In this document: positions 12,982 through 25,489 of the stretch, one piece after another | Position numbering within the stretch: the first letter of the stretch is position 1 | How the letters are laid out: each line of letters begins with the position of its first letter | NCBI GenBank assembly: GCA_010909165.1 | Contig: VJWM01000119.1 | Location: 186,001-250,000, forward strand | Reading direction: 5' to 3' | DNA length: 64,000 nt | Origin: Anthoceros angustus | Lineage: Eukaryota; Plantae; Anthocerotophyta | Made by a program: the position numbers and the translations under genes | The notes under the pieces: generated by a model | Databases searched by the model: none | The model's input: the letters and a program-made list of their open reading frames with translations, nothing else | Told to the model about the DNA's origin: nothing

Positions 12982-13334
12982 TGATGGACAACAGACGCAA
13001 GGTTTTCATATAGAGCTTAATTTTGATACAAGTGTGTAACTCCATAGAATCTGGTTTTCCCGTTCGAGCCACGGCGAATGGGCTGCCGGTAGTTCAGATG
13101 CAGCAAGCAGAAAGCTTTACTTACTTCAGGATAAGCATGGAAGATTTTGAAACGGCATGTAGACTAACATCCGCGTGCTTTCGTCGGAAGCACGTCAGGG
13201 ATAGGAGCCCCAGTTACACTGATGAAGGGGGGGGATTGAAGCTCATCTATGCTAAATATCGTTACACATAGGAGGAAAGGATGTTACATTTGCTCTGAGA
13301 AAACCAGGGCATGCCATGAAATCTGACTCACGAA

Positions 13335-15282
13335 TCAAGCTCGTGTGGAAACGATGAGAGGCATTCCATGCTGTGGTTTTGTTGTCAGCATAGTATGAGG
13401 AGCATGTCGGTATGACTTGGACAAACGGATCTGGAATCGCTGCAGGATCATGGTCAGAGTCTGCTTCATCTCCAAAGTGGCGAAGGTCTGGCCGATGCAA
13501 GTGCGCGGGCCCAGGCCGAAGGGAAGGAACGCCGACGGGTTTTTGCACGCCTTGGAAATGCCATCCCGGAAGCGGTCTGGGTTGAACTCAAGAGCATCGG
13601 GCCCCCACATTTCTGGGTCGCGGTGGATGTCCAGCAGCGAGAGATGCAGGCAGGTGCGTTTCGGGATGACGAGGCTGCCCACCTGGATGTCTTTGGACGC
13701 CTGCCTCTGGAGGGCAGAGGCTGGTGGGTAGAGCCGAAGAGTCTCGTACAGGATCATGCTCACCTGCAGTTAGTCGGAGTGAGAAAAGAGCAAGTGGTTG
13801 GGATAGCATGGAATGGAACGGAAGGAATGGGAGGGAATGAAGGGGCTTACGATTCTCAGTCCGTTGAGCATCTCGGCTGTGGGGATCTTGTGCTGGGTGA
13901 TTTCATCCGTTTCAGCCCTAGCCCTCTCTTGCCACTCAGGATGGAGAGCCAGGAGCAGCAAGACCCACTGGAGGGTGGTGCTTGTGGTGTCCAGGCCGGC
14001 GAAGTAGAACGTCTTGCACTCGTCGAGCACGAATCGAAGGGCATCGCGTGCCACATTGGTCTTGGGGATCTTCTCGCTGGCCTGCATCACCATTCCGAGG
14101 AGGTCGTTTCCTAGGTCGGCAGCCTTCCCGGACTTCGCTAGTCTGTACCGTTCTCGTGTGATTTTCCCTATGGCCTTCTCCAGCCTTGCCGTGGTTTGAG
14201 CTTTCTGCGTGTTCCACTCGGTGGGGAAGTACCTGGTGGTGACACCACAGACATGGCAACATCAGGTCTGAGCAGCATCTGGACAGATGCTTTTGTCGGT
14301 CACCCGGCTCTGAACTGGACTGGTGGTGAAGGATTTCAGACGGCTGGACTGACTCACGAGTAGAAGGGGATAGTGGTGTAGTAGGGGCTTTTCGACATCA
14401 GCTCTGACAGTTTCCTCAGGTCGCTAAAAATGTTCTCGCCCTCTTCGTAGCTGCTTCCGAATGCTGTCCGAGAGATGATGTCTGCAGCCAGGTTGCTCAT
14501 TTCCGTCTCCATTTGCATCTCCATTTCACCTCCTGCCTCCTGCACCTGCTGCTGCCACCGGCTGAGCATGGCAGCTGTGCTGCTTGTCATGGTTCCCAGC
14601 ATCGCCTGTCAACAAACAGTCCCAGCTCAGCGCTGCTGTGTTCATGGCTCACAGCCCCCTGATTGGGAAGACAGATCTCACCTTGAGTTTCTGCTGATGA
14701 AATGCGGGGTTGATGAGTCTTCTCTGATGGGCCCAGTCCTCTCCCACTGCCATGACCAGCCCTTCCCCAAGCAAAGCCTGGAGACTTCTCCTTTGCTGTT
14801 CGGATCTGCTGTAGTGCCCGAACTTATTCACCAGTATCTCCTTTGCAATCTCAGCATCCTTTATACAGATGGTAGCATCCTCTCCCCACCAGTACAAGAA
14901 GCAGTTCCCTGCAAGAAGGAGCAAGCATACATGAAACTACACCCTCCAGCAACCCAACCCACAAAAACAAAACTCTCTGCACCCAAGACGTCAGCATTCC
15001 GTGCAAAACTGTACCGTATATCTTGCTGTAGTGTGAGTGGAAGGGCAGGACTCTGGATGAAATGTCATGAGTAATCGAGGGCATATCCACGAGACGGGCC
15101 AAGTCCAGCCTCTCACTCATCTCTTTGGAGTGCCCACTGAGCAGATTCTCCAGCTTGATGGGAGGCCCCTGGATCCCCTGCCTCCTCATCAGTACAGACA
15201 TCCTCCATCTATCCCACCACTTCTGCTTCACAATTCTGAACACAGCCAGCAAGAAGAGCAGAGCAAGCAGAAGAGCTTCCAT
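13335..15282 (-). CDS. Cytochrome P450, CYP72 clan, copy A (517 aa)
   Basis: Exons 15282-15015, 14908-14682, 14605-14358, 14232-13851, 13763-13335. Motifs: N-terminal anchor, GPP hinge, WAHQRRLINPAF, FYFAGLDTT, ETLRLYPP, FNPDRF, FGLGPRTCIG. The five-exon layout is typical of the 72 clan. Confidence 0.95.
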
Positions 15283-16091
15283 GGTTTCTTTCCCCGTATT
15301 CTCTGTGTGGATCTGAAATGCCCTCTGCTCCCACCGTTTCTAGATGCACTGACTGACTCCACAGCCCCTTCTTGTAAGCTACACATCCTGTCAGTGCAGA
15401 CCATGTCACAATCCGTCCTCCCGCGCAGTACCAGAATACCAACTCCAACTCCAAGATGAGTGCCTGGCTCAGAAGGACACGGACATCTGGCTAATTACAT
15501 GACAGCAAGTCCAGTAAACTGCAGCGATGTCCGGCGGCTGCGGCCTCTTCGCTCTGGAACGGGTCATGTGCCCCTTCCAAAGGATTGACACTTCGGTAAC
15601 ACGTATCCAATCGTCCTTGGATTTTTAGACATCCAGGAAATTTGAAAAAGGCGGCAAGGAACATGTGATATGTACCCAAGGAGCTCCAGCCATGGATGGC
15701 CACATCACCCGGTTAGCGTCAGTCTCAGAAGAAGCCTCTAGAAACGATGGTACTGTTGTATACGGCATGAGCACTGTGTGCAAGGATTGGACCAGGTACG
15801 TTCCATGTCTGCTTCGACCTGCCAATTGATTCCAGCGCTTGCAGACTTGTACGTCTGGTGTTGGTGCACACCATTAGGATAAGGTCATGGAACCGGGAAG
15901 GGATGATCACCAGGACTGTGTCCATCCATCCATGGTCAAGTACTCTCGCGGCTTGGAACTCACTCCAGGGAATTCAGCACGCCCAGAAACTGGGTGAGGA
16001 GAATTGGGTGTTCCAACGGGTTGGGAGTCGAGTGAACTGCGAGATAGGCGTCCAGTTTCTATCTTTCTTCTTGTGTGTGCTAATGGGCTGC

Positions 16092-18062
16092 TCATGTTAA
16101 TATGGAATGCTCATTTTCTTCGCAATGTTCGTATGAAGGCCTGAGAGAGACGAGGAGAGGCACGCCGTGCTGAGGAACGACAGTAACCCGCTCCAGGGGC
16201 GCGTGTCGGTAGGCCGGGGAGACGCCGATTTGGAATCTCTGGAGAAGCATGGCGATGGTCTGCTTGATCTCAAGCGTGGCGAACACCTGGCCGATGCAGT
16301 TACGCGGGCCCATGCTGAAGGGCATGTAGGATGCAGGATCTCTGCAGGCCTTGGACATGCCGTCGCGGAATCGGTTCGGGTTGAACTCCAGCGCATCCGG
16401 GCCCCACATGTCCGGGTCCCGGTGCATGTCCAGGATGGAGATGAGCAGGGTGACGCCCTTGGGTACGAAGATATGTCCCACCTGGATGTCCTTGGAGGCC
16501 TGCTTGGTCATGGCTGGAGCTGGCGGGTAGAGCCGGAGAGTCTCGTGCACGATCATGGCCACCTGCGGTTTGCGAAGCATATGGACTGTCAGAAGTGGTT
16601 AGGGTTAGGGTTTTGGGAAGGAAGGATGATGCAATGTGCAGGAATTGTGAGGAGATTACGATCTTCAATCTGTTGAGCATGTCGGCGGTGGGGATGTGGT
16701 TGTGGGTGACTTCGTCCACTTCAGCCCTGGCCTTCTCCTGCCACTCGGGATGGAGCGCCAGGAGCAGGATGACCCACTGGAGAGCCGAATTCGTGGTGTC
16801 CAGGCCTGCGAAGTAGAAGGTCTTGCACTCGTCTACTACGAACTGTAGTGCGTCTCGTTGCACGTTTGTTTTGGGGAGGTTCTCGCTGGCTTGCATCACC
16901 GTTCCCAGCAGGTCGGTGCCCATGGAAGCTTGCCCTGCCTTTACCCGCCTGTATCGTTCTGCCATGATGTCCTGTATGGCTGTTTCCAGTCGGTGTGTGG
17001 TTTGAGACATCTGTTTGTTCCTCTCTGTGGGCAGGTACCTGAAGGGGGCATCATGGCATGCATGACCACCATATTTCTTGGATACTGCAATCCGTTTCAG
17101 TCGTGAAAGCATGTTGGTTCAGAACAACTTCACTGATTGGACTTACGAGTAGAAGGGGATGGTTGTGTGGTAGGTGTTGCGGCTCGTCAGCATTGCGAGT
17201 TTTACGATGTCGTCGAATATGTGCTTCCCCCTCTCATAGTTGGTGCCGAATGCAGTCTGGGAGATGATTTCTGCGGCCAGGTTGTAGAGTTCCTTGTCCA
17301 TTTGAAGCTCAATCCGGCCTCCTGCCTCCTCCACCATGTGCTGCCATCGGTTTAGCATGGCAGCTGTGCTGCTTGTCATGGTTCCAACCATCCTCTGCCA
17401 ACACCAGCAGTACCTGCAAAATGTCATCCCGTCTACAACAACTCTCATTGTCAACATTTCGCACCAGACGTAAGGTACATCGATGCTCACCTTAAGCTTT
17501 TCCTGATGAAATGCAGGGTTGATCAGCCTCCTCTGGTATGCCCAGTCCTCGCCCTCTGCCATGACCAGCCCGTCGCCAAGCAGAGCACGGAAGGCCTTTC
17601 TTATCTGTGAAGACCTCCCATAGTGCCCGAACTTGTTCACCAGAATGGTCCTTGCCAGCTGAGCGTCAGTTATCATGATGACCGGATCCTCTCCCCACCA
17701 ATAGAAGAAGTTGTCTCCTGCAACACCCAGCACTCTGCAATCACCTCATCACTCTGCCGCTGCAAAGCCTCAGCAGGAGGAGGAAGATTACCGTATTCCT
17801 TCCTGCACCGTGTATGAAACGGCAGCACCCTGGATGAAATGTCATGCTCAATGGATGGCAGATCAACCAGCGTGGCCATTTCCCTTTCCTTCGCCATCTC
17901 CTTGGAATGCCCACTGAGCAGATGTCTGAACCCAATCGGAGGCCCCTGAATCCCCTGCCTCCTCATCAGCTCAGCCATCCTCCATCTGTCCCACCACTTG
18001 TGCTTCCCAACCGTGGCCAGACCCAGCAGCAACAACGTCAGTACCAGCACCAAAGCGTCCAT
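16092..18062 (-). CDS. Cytochrome P450, CYP72 clan, copy B (531 aa), tandem paralogue
   Basis: Exons 18062-17792, 17717-17491, 17394-17147, 17038-16660, 16562-16092. Motifs FYFAGLDTT, ETLRLYPP, FNPNRF, FSMGPRNCIG. Intron positions match copy A. Confidence 0.95.
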
Positions 18063-19444
18063 CTCCACACTCTCTCCCTGTCCTCCCCAACAAGCCAGAG
18101 TGGCCTCTTGTATGCCTCCTGGGTGAGCACGAAGGGGCCACCAACCCAGATGCTTTCCGAACATCCGTATACCAACTCCATGCCATCTAGAACATACAAA
18201 GGACTACGACGTGTCGCTTTACCGATCAGTAACACACTAAAACCTTAGGCGTTTATCCCTTGCAGGTCCCTCCAGAGGCTTACAGTATCGTTCCAGCCAC
18301 ACTTACATGTGTCGTTTCCTTCACTAGCATGTGTCATTCCCCTCAGTTGTTGCTGGGTTCCCGTTCCCCTTCGTCATGTTTCTTAGCTTGCTCCGACTGG
18401 TTAGTCTTCGTTGAGTGAACTTGAATTGTTCATGTACTTGCTTATTAGTTTTAAAAGCAATGCACGCTGATAACTTCGTCCGTAACAAGGGAATATCGAT
18501 GATGGCGCCGTAACGAGCCCGGAGCGTGCAGCGTCCGAGTTCGGACGCGTAATGTGAAACGAAAACGAGGCTTCCTCTGGCTCTGGTTGGAGCTTCCATG
18601 GAGCATGGATGCCGATTCCCTGCGGTCTTCCGCGCGTGGACAATGTGACCGTTGTACGTCTCGTGTTCCCACTCCAAACTGACATTCAAATCTTACGCTC
18701 CAACTGCAAGCGTGAAGCCTCGTCAGCCTGGGTTCCCCAGCGCCTGAAGAGCCCGCAAGCCTCATGACAGCCTGTTCCATGAGGGCACGATGAGCCGGAG
18801 CATGTCCCCACTTCGCCCGCATCATGCACGCACCTCTTCTCACGATGCCATTTCGAAGGAGGATTTCCGGACATGGCTGTCGCTGCTGCTGTAATGCCGA
18901 GCAGGCTCTGTAAGCAGCTCTTCGTTTTTCCAATTCGTTGCCTGAGGTTTGATTTGCGTGCCTTTCTTGTTCCGAGGGTAGGTCATCTCGGAGCTGCGTT
19001 GAGATGTGTGCCTTCCTGGTGTGCATGCAAGTTTGGTGGGGTGATGTTTGTGCTGGTGAGAACGGGTTGTGCGAGTTCTGTGAAATTCTGCACCCGAGGT
19101 GGATGCGTTGGGATTTTTTGTTTTGCTTGTTTTGTCAGTTCCTGCCATTCTTAGCTTTCTACTTTCTGGGAGTCTGCATGTCGGTGCGGGTTTAAGCTCT
19201 CAGGTTGGAGGTGGCGTGTCTGGGCTCTTCTGGTGTTTTTGGATGTGAGGGATTCTGGTTCAAGTATGGGGAATTGGGTTTGGATGGCGGGAGGTTGAGG
19301 GGAATTGTGGCTGGGATCACAGATTCTCCATGGCGGTCGGCGCAGAGCGTGGCTGAGAAGATGAGGCAACCAGGTCTGTCTGCGGACGGGTCCTGAAGGT
19401 TCTTGAAGAGCGGTTGGAGGAGGAGGAGGAGGTGGTAGCTTGTG

Positions 19445-21108
19445 ATGATGGGGAGGTGGCCGAAGACGAACATGATTTATTTTCGGGGGATGCCACGACG
19501 CCAGCTTCAGCGGCTTTGCAAGAAGCATGGCATTCCTGCCAATAGAGCTTCGGCAGCTATGGTGGAGGCTCTCTGCAGGCTGTTCAAAGTGAGTGGCGCA
19601 TTTCTTGTAACTTCTTGCACGTGTATGTGGTGCCTGCCTTGGAATCTTTGTGGCGGGATGTAGGTTGTTTTCCTGATGGGAAATGCTTTTGCAGAGCGAG
19701 TTTCTTGTACGTGAGACGCTTCCAGGGCAGCTGAAAGTGTCCAAGGTGGAGCCCCAAGACTCTCATATGGCCGCCGGAGCCTCTGGTCCTCTGACCGACC
19801 AGATGGGTGGTGGGCGGTGGGTATCTTGCAAGTCAGAGGTCTTTGCGGATGGCAGTGGCACTGCAGCATTCGAAGACTTGCAAATTATGCTGAACAATGG
19901 ACCTGAATTTTTTGACATACTGGAGGTGAAGCAGGAGCTGAAAGATGAACAGGGTTGCTCACAAGTGTATCCAGATCCAGTTCAGCACCACTACGCACAT
20001 GCCCCGACTGAGTGGCCTGGCCTGACCGACGATGGGCAGGAGCAGGAAGAGCTCTGCGGAGCAACAGCTATCACAGAAGATTGTTGTCTTTTGGTGGATG
20101 AACCTCCTGACAAGTACGAGAGGTTGGAGAGGTTCACAGCATCCGTCGACGAACTCTTCGTATGGGAGGAGGAAGACGAGGGTCCTGAAGTCAGTAAACC
20201 TGAACAGGTCGAGGCACGAACAGGGAACAGGTTGGAGGCAGTCGAGATGGCAAGTAGTTTGGAGCATTTAGAGCATGTAAAGACGACGTGTTCGGAGAGA
20301 GTGATGGCCCCAGAGGACGGGCCTCAAATGTGGGAGATAGTCGTCGAATCCGTCGAGCTGGATGGTGCTGCCAAGAACTCGTCTATTCCGCATAGTACCG
20401 GTGTTGCTGATGCAGAGCCCAATGATGTATGTATTTCGCCCAGCTTTGCTCCTAAGATTTCATGCGGTGTCGTCTCCTATCGGCTAGAAAAGTCAACCTT
20501 TGTCTTCCTTGTGTCTACTGGTAATTGATTCACACTCATGTGGGATAAGTTGCCTTACGATGTGCATGATCGTGCGCACTTCCTTGACTGTTGGTATTCC
20601 CGTATGTGTTGGGCAGAGCTGTATACACAGGTTTCAGCCTAATGGCACTGGACAAGACGGTGATGTTCTCATAAATGCGAAGGAGGTGGAGAAGTCTGCA
20701 GATCTCTCAGGCCTTGACAACATAGTAGGAGATGGTGCGGAAGCTTGTGCAGCTCCCTGTGAACCACCCATTATGGAATTCTATGTGGAGAAAGCAGAAG
20801 GGCTGTCCCTGGTAGTGGAGCTCAACTCAGAGCACACCCCAGTCGAGGAGCTGTTTCAGCACTTCCGGAGGCTGGAGTCCATTTCAGAAGGCGTGGTGCC
20901 CACCTGCAACGACAAACTTCCGCCTGTTGGAAGAGTCAGCAGCATCTCAAGTATCCTGGATCTGTGCTGTAGCAAAACAGTCAAACCTCCATCCGAAACA
21001 GGGTTTGCCTCTCGCCACCGGGCTCATCGGCAGGCGCAGGCCGAAGGGAGCCTCAGAGCCCAAATGCAGAATCAGTGTGGAACACCTGAGCATGATTTAT
21101 TTGTCTGA
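19445..21108 (+). CDS. Uncharacterised protein with an N-terminal SAP/HeH-like helical motif and an acidic middle region
   Basis: MPRRQLQRLCKKHGIPAN..SAAMVEAL at the N-terminus and MEFYVEKAEGLSLVVELNS later; both resemble motifs of a conserved uncharacterised plant family (from memory). Probable exons 19445-19588, 19695-20426, 20617-21108. The 3' end is uncertain. Confidence 0.65.
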
Positions 21109-21805
21109 ACCGGAGGACCTCCCCCAGCTCTTGGGGCTTCTATTGGATTGTGGCCCGCCCATCACCTTCCAGGCAAGGTAACCAACCAACCATCATCACA
21201 TCCAAAAAATCCGAATGCAATTGTCAGGCTGCTGCACATGTTCTGAAAACTCCTTTTATTGCTCTGAAACGGAACTGACTCTTTCCTTTCTGACTTGGGA
21301 GCAGCGGCTGAAACCGTCCTGCATTCCCTCATGAGAAGACAAAGAAGCTGTTTGCGTGAAGGTGAAGAAAGGGGAAGGCCAGGTGTGGGCCCTCCTTTCC
21401 CTCTACAATTATTGGAGATAACAAATGTGTGTACACTCAGACTTTCCTTGACTGCTAGCTACACACACCGCAGCTGCATGGGAAAGCGAACACTAAGACA
21501 ATCGCAAAGCTGGAACACCTACGTATCGTCCCCCCCAAATGTGGGCCGGAACTGAGCATCCCCTCACCTATTCTCACCACTTTGCATCCATCTCAGGTCT
21601 GAAGCACAACCGCCTTGTCCAGAATGCACACACTTACACAAAGACCCTTGCGAGGGAAAGAAGCAAAACAAAGACATCACCTCCTGGGTGGAATGGTACA
21701 AAGAATGCAAATGTACATACAGACAGGACGATGTGTGTACCCAGAAACGAAACCCTCCTCAAATCCCAGCAATCTGCATGCATGCATGCATGCAGGAGTG
21801 CAGGA

Positions 21806-22534
21806 TCACTCGTATCCGGCAGGCGGCGGCGGGGAGAGGAACAGCCCCTCGTACAGCACCCCGGCGACGGTAGCCCCCACAAGAGGCCCGACCCAGTAGA
21901 TCCAGTGGTCCGCAAAATCCCCCTCCAGGAGAGCAGGCCCGAACGACCTCGCCGGGTTGAGGGACGCGCCGGTGAAGGGCACGCCCACGAAATGCGCAGC
22001 CAGGACGGTGAACCCGATCGACAGAGGCGCGATGACGCTCTTGGCGTCCACGGCGGTGGCGAAGATGACAAAGACGAGGGCGAAAGTGAGCACGATCTCC
22101 AGGACGATGGCGGACGAGGTGGTCTCCCCCAGCCCGGGGTGGTGCACCGGGAGCGGGTCGGAGCTGGGAGCCGCGAGCTTGAGAAGCGCAGCCGCGGCGG
22201 CGGCCCCGGCCAGCTGCCCGACCCAGTACAGCAGCCCGCGCAGGATGGTGATCTTCCCCACCACCGCGAACGCGAAGGTGACGGCGGGATTGACATGCCC
22301 ACCGCTGATCCCGGCCGTGGCCGCCACCGTCACGAAGATCCCGATCCCGTGCGCCAGCGCGATCACCGTCAGCCCGGCCGCGTCCAGGTCCCCCGTGTGG
22401 ATCCCGCTGTAGGCCACCACGCTGCCGACTCCCAGGAACACGAAGAGGAACACGGCCAGGAACTCGGCCAAGGCCGCCTTGAGCGCGCTGGCGCCCGTCA
22501 CCTCGCTCACATCGCCCACTTCCGGGACACCCAT
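21806..22534 (-). CDS. HIP1: Aquaporin (MIP family), hybrid intrinsic protein (HIP) type, intronless, 242 aa
   Basis: Six hydrophobic helices, AEF motif, SGGHVNPAVT and SLNPARSFGP. ar/R filter by manual alignment: H2=H (ALAHG), H5=H (GFTVLAAHF), LE1=A, LE2=R. Confidence 0.9.
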   Translation of the reverse strand: MGVPEVGDVSEVTGASALKAALAEFLAVFLFVFLGVGSVVAYSGIHTGDLDAAGLTVIALAHGIGIFVTVAATAGISGGHVNPAVTFAFAVVGKITILRGLLYWVGQLAGAAAAAALLKLAAPSSDPLPVHHPGLGETTSSAIVLEIVLTFALVFVIFATAVDAKSVIAPLSIGFTVLAAHFVGVPFTGASLNPARSFGPALLEGDFADHWIYWVGPLVGATVAGVLYEGLFLSPPPPAGYE

Positions 22535-23286
22535 GGTTCCTCCTTGCCGGAGCCTGAGCCGGAGCTGGAGCTGCTGGAAGCGAGGGAAAGGAGGGAAGGC
22601 GATGCAGGGACGGGGGAATGCGGGACGAGGGCAATCGGGGCCCCGGGCTGGAATTTGAATGCCCCCAGATTCGCATGTTCCGCACCGCCACCGCCACCAG
22701 CACCGCCCATGGCCTCGGCCAGGCTGGGAGAGGTGCAAGGACCGCAGGCCAGCCGGGATCCGACACTGTCAGGCCACCGGCCACGCCACATTCACGCACC
22801 CCCACCATTTCCTGCCGTTCCCGGCCTCGTCCAGACTTATCTGCTTGAGCTGGTGCAGGTACTGTTTTGGATGCCTCCGACCGCCATCCGGGACCCGGGA
22901 CCACGCTTGTCAGGCCATGTGACGTGCGTGTTCAGAACCCCCTGGGTGGGTGCGCCATTGTCTTCGAATTACTCTTTCTGCGGGACCGGCAAGCTTCGGC
23001 TTCGGAGCCCGGGCGCCGGGCGGATGCCTTCCTTGCGTCTCTGGTACTGGTACTGCTACTGGTATTGGTCACAGGTAGGCTGCGTGATTCCTTTCACTCT
23101 GTACTGCCTGGCTTCGCTTCTCTTCTTTCTTTTTGTGTGTGTACATTCGCTACCTGTGGTGGGCTGTGTGCAGCCCATAGCTCTACAAGGAACAATGGGA
23201 TCCATCGGCCAGCGTCTGTCGGCCACTTCCTCATCGCACACGTGTAAGCATGCATTGGTGTGTGGAGCCCCATGACAGATTCATAG

Positions 23287-23436
23287 ATTCATAGCTTTAC
23301 ACTACACTCTACATCAAATGCATATCTCGCACGTCTCTCAATGTGTTTCACATCGGCTTGGATTCATAGCTTTACACTACACTCTACATCAAATGCATAT
23401 CTAACACGTCTATCAATGTGTTTCACATCGGCTTGG
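23287..23436. repeat. Tandem duplication of about 75 bp
   Basis: attcatagctttacactacactctacatcaaatgcatatct...aatgtgtttcacatcggcttgg occurs twice. Confidence 0.85.
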
Positions 23437-24409
23437 TATCCAAAACCTTATCCATGTTCATATATGGTCATAACATCTCTCTCACCTTCAAACACCATGT
23501 TCATACATCCTCATCCTGATATCATCCACTGGATAATTAAATGTTAGTATTTTTTATGTTAGTATTTTTGGGTTAATATCATACCAAGTTATCGGGACCA
23601 TTGTTGCACTTCAAATCAACCTCTATGTGAGTTGGCATAGACATCATCCTCTATGTGAGTTGGTATAGACATCATTGGATTCGATCTTTTATGATTACTA
23701 TTACCATGGGTATTAGTATTATTATTAAACTTATCATCAAATTGTTCCTTCATTGGACGGGAGTTGGGAGTTAAATGATCCCTCCTGTAAGAAGCAGCCT
23801 CTTTCATTGTACCCATCCGCCCAGAGCCCAATACCCATGAGCCCAGTTCCTGTACAAAGCTATGGCTCGCTTCTCAATTTTGCAGATTCCCAAAATTTTG
23901 TATGAAGTTATAGCTCCCTTCTCAATTGTGTAGATTCCCAAAATTTTGTACTAAGCTATGACTCCCTTCCCGATTTCTGTAAATTCTCATATTTTAGGGA
24001 ATATGTTGTGTTCAACATCGAAACTTTAAATGGATAAAAATTTTGGGAGTATAAATGAGTAACCAAACTCCACCTAATTGGAGGCTGAAAATCTTATCAT
24101 GTGATGCTTAGCTGATTAGAGAAAATCACAAAAGAAAGTTTTGCAATAGAACACAACAACAAAACACTAAAGAAACATTATCATGAGTGATACTAACAAG
24201 AGTCAATCCATACACGAAGGAGGATAGGTATTTAATCCAATTTCTTTTTTATTTCTTGTGATAATTTTGAGTCTGACATAGCTCATGAAATTGAGAGATA
24301 ATGAAAATTTGAGTCACTTAAGAAGTGGAGACGACTTAATCATAAGCGTCCACCCTAAATGAAAACTACCTAATCTGCAAACATAAGCGCCCTCCTTAAA
24401 TGGAAACTA

Positions 24410-24642
24410 CGCCCGCCCTAAATGTCGTCCAAAATTGAAGTGTCCAAAATGATAAACTCCCGCAAACACCCGCCCTAAATGTCGTTCAAAATTGAAGCGT
24501 CCAAAATGATAAGCTCCCGCAAACTCCCGCTCTAAATGTCGTCCAAAATTGAAGCTTCCAAAATCATAAGCTCCCGCAAACTACCTAATCATAAATACCC
24601 GCCCTAAATATCGTCCAAAATTAAAGTGTCCAAAATTGAAGC
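24410..24642. repeat. Tandem repeat of about 58 bp, about 4 copies
   Basis: cccgccctaaatgtcgtccaaaattgaag.gtccaaaatgataa.ctcccgcaaac repeated. Confidence 0.85.
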
Positions 24643-24692
24643 TGGAACTCATTTCTACGGCCACGTCAAAGACAGAGTTAGCACATGACAAG

Positions 24693-24900
24693 AGGACGAT
24701 CTTAATACAATAGAACAATCTTAATACACCAAGACGATCTTAATACAACAAAACAATCTTAATACAACAGAACGATCTTAGTACAAGAGGACCATCTTAG
24801 TACAACAGGACGATCTTAATACAACAGGACGATCATAATATAACAGGACGATCTTAATACAACAGGACGATCATAATACAACACGACAATCTTAATCCAA
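24693..24900. repeat. Minisatellite of about 19 bp, about 10 copies
   Basis: aggacgatcttaatacaac and variants. Confidence 0.88.
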
Positions 24901-24926
24901 CGTGGTAAGAGTTGCATGAAACTTAC

Positions 24927-25311
24927 AAATCTTATTCCAAACACCGATATCGCAGCTTTGGATGTAGTTTGAGGCCGGCTCAACCAACAAATGGTCTTCG
25001 ATTACCTCATACGGAGAGACCAAATCATCCTCAACGATCATAACAATCGTCAGCTTCATCAATTTTCCTACGAGTGGTCGTAGCTCGGCTGCATATCACC
25101 GAGCAAGAAAATTAGGATGACTGAAGCATGGAAGGAGAAATCTAAGACATCGAAATATCACAAGCCAGAAAATAATAGTGCACTTACAAGCCCCCCACAC
25201 AAGGCCAGGCATTTGGACCGCGCGAACATGTTCCTCCAACTGTATCATGTCTGTCTCTTCCTCCCAAGGCTTCACCTCGAGCACGATGGAAGACTTTGCT
25301 CTCGCAGCCAT
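24927..25311 (-). CDS. Elongation factor 1B (beta/delta) C-terminal GEF domain only, about 95 aa, divergent
   Basis: Exon 25311-25188 encodes [41 protein letters not shown]. After a GT-AG intron, exon 25088-24927 encodes [54 protein letters not shown], then T|gtaag. Confidence 0.8.
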
Positions 25312-25489
25312 CGCTCGGGCGCTGGTATATGTCACCACTCTTGAGTTGAGTTGAGTCAATGAGTAAAAATAGTGAGCAAAAGAAAATAACCTAACAGTGC
25401 AACACAAGCTTCATAACCAAAAGTGTGATTACTAGTCAGGATGCCTCACGATACTTGTAGCCTAGGTTCGGACCTCTCATATATATAGC

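Noticed and set aside
13335-22534. Biosynthetic gene cluster around the P450s
   Set aside because: Only two paralogous P450s; no scaffold-forming enzyme or other tailoring enzyme in the window.
21539-23275. 578-aa plus-strand ORF and the 222-aa and 381-aa off-frame ORFs
   Set aside because: Shadows of the GC-rich aquaporin; low-complexity R/G/P composition and no domain.
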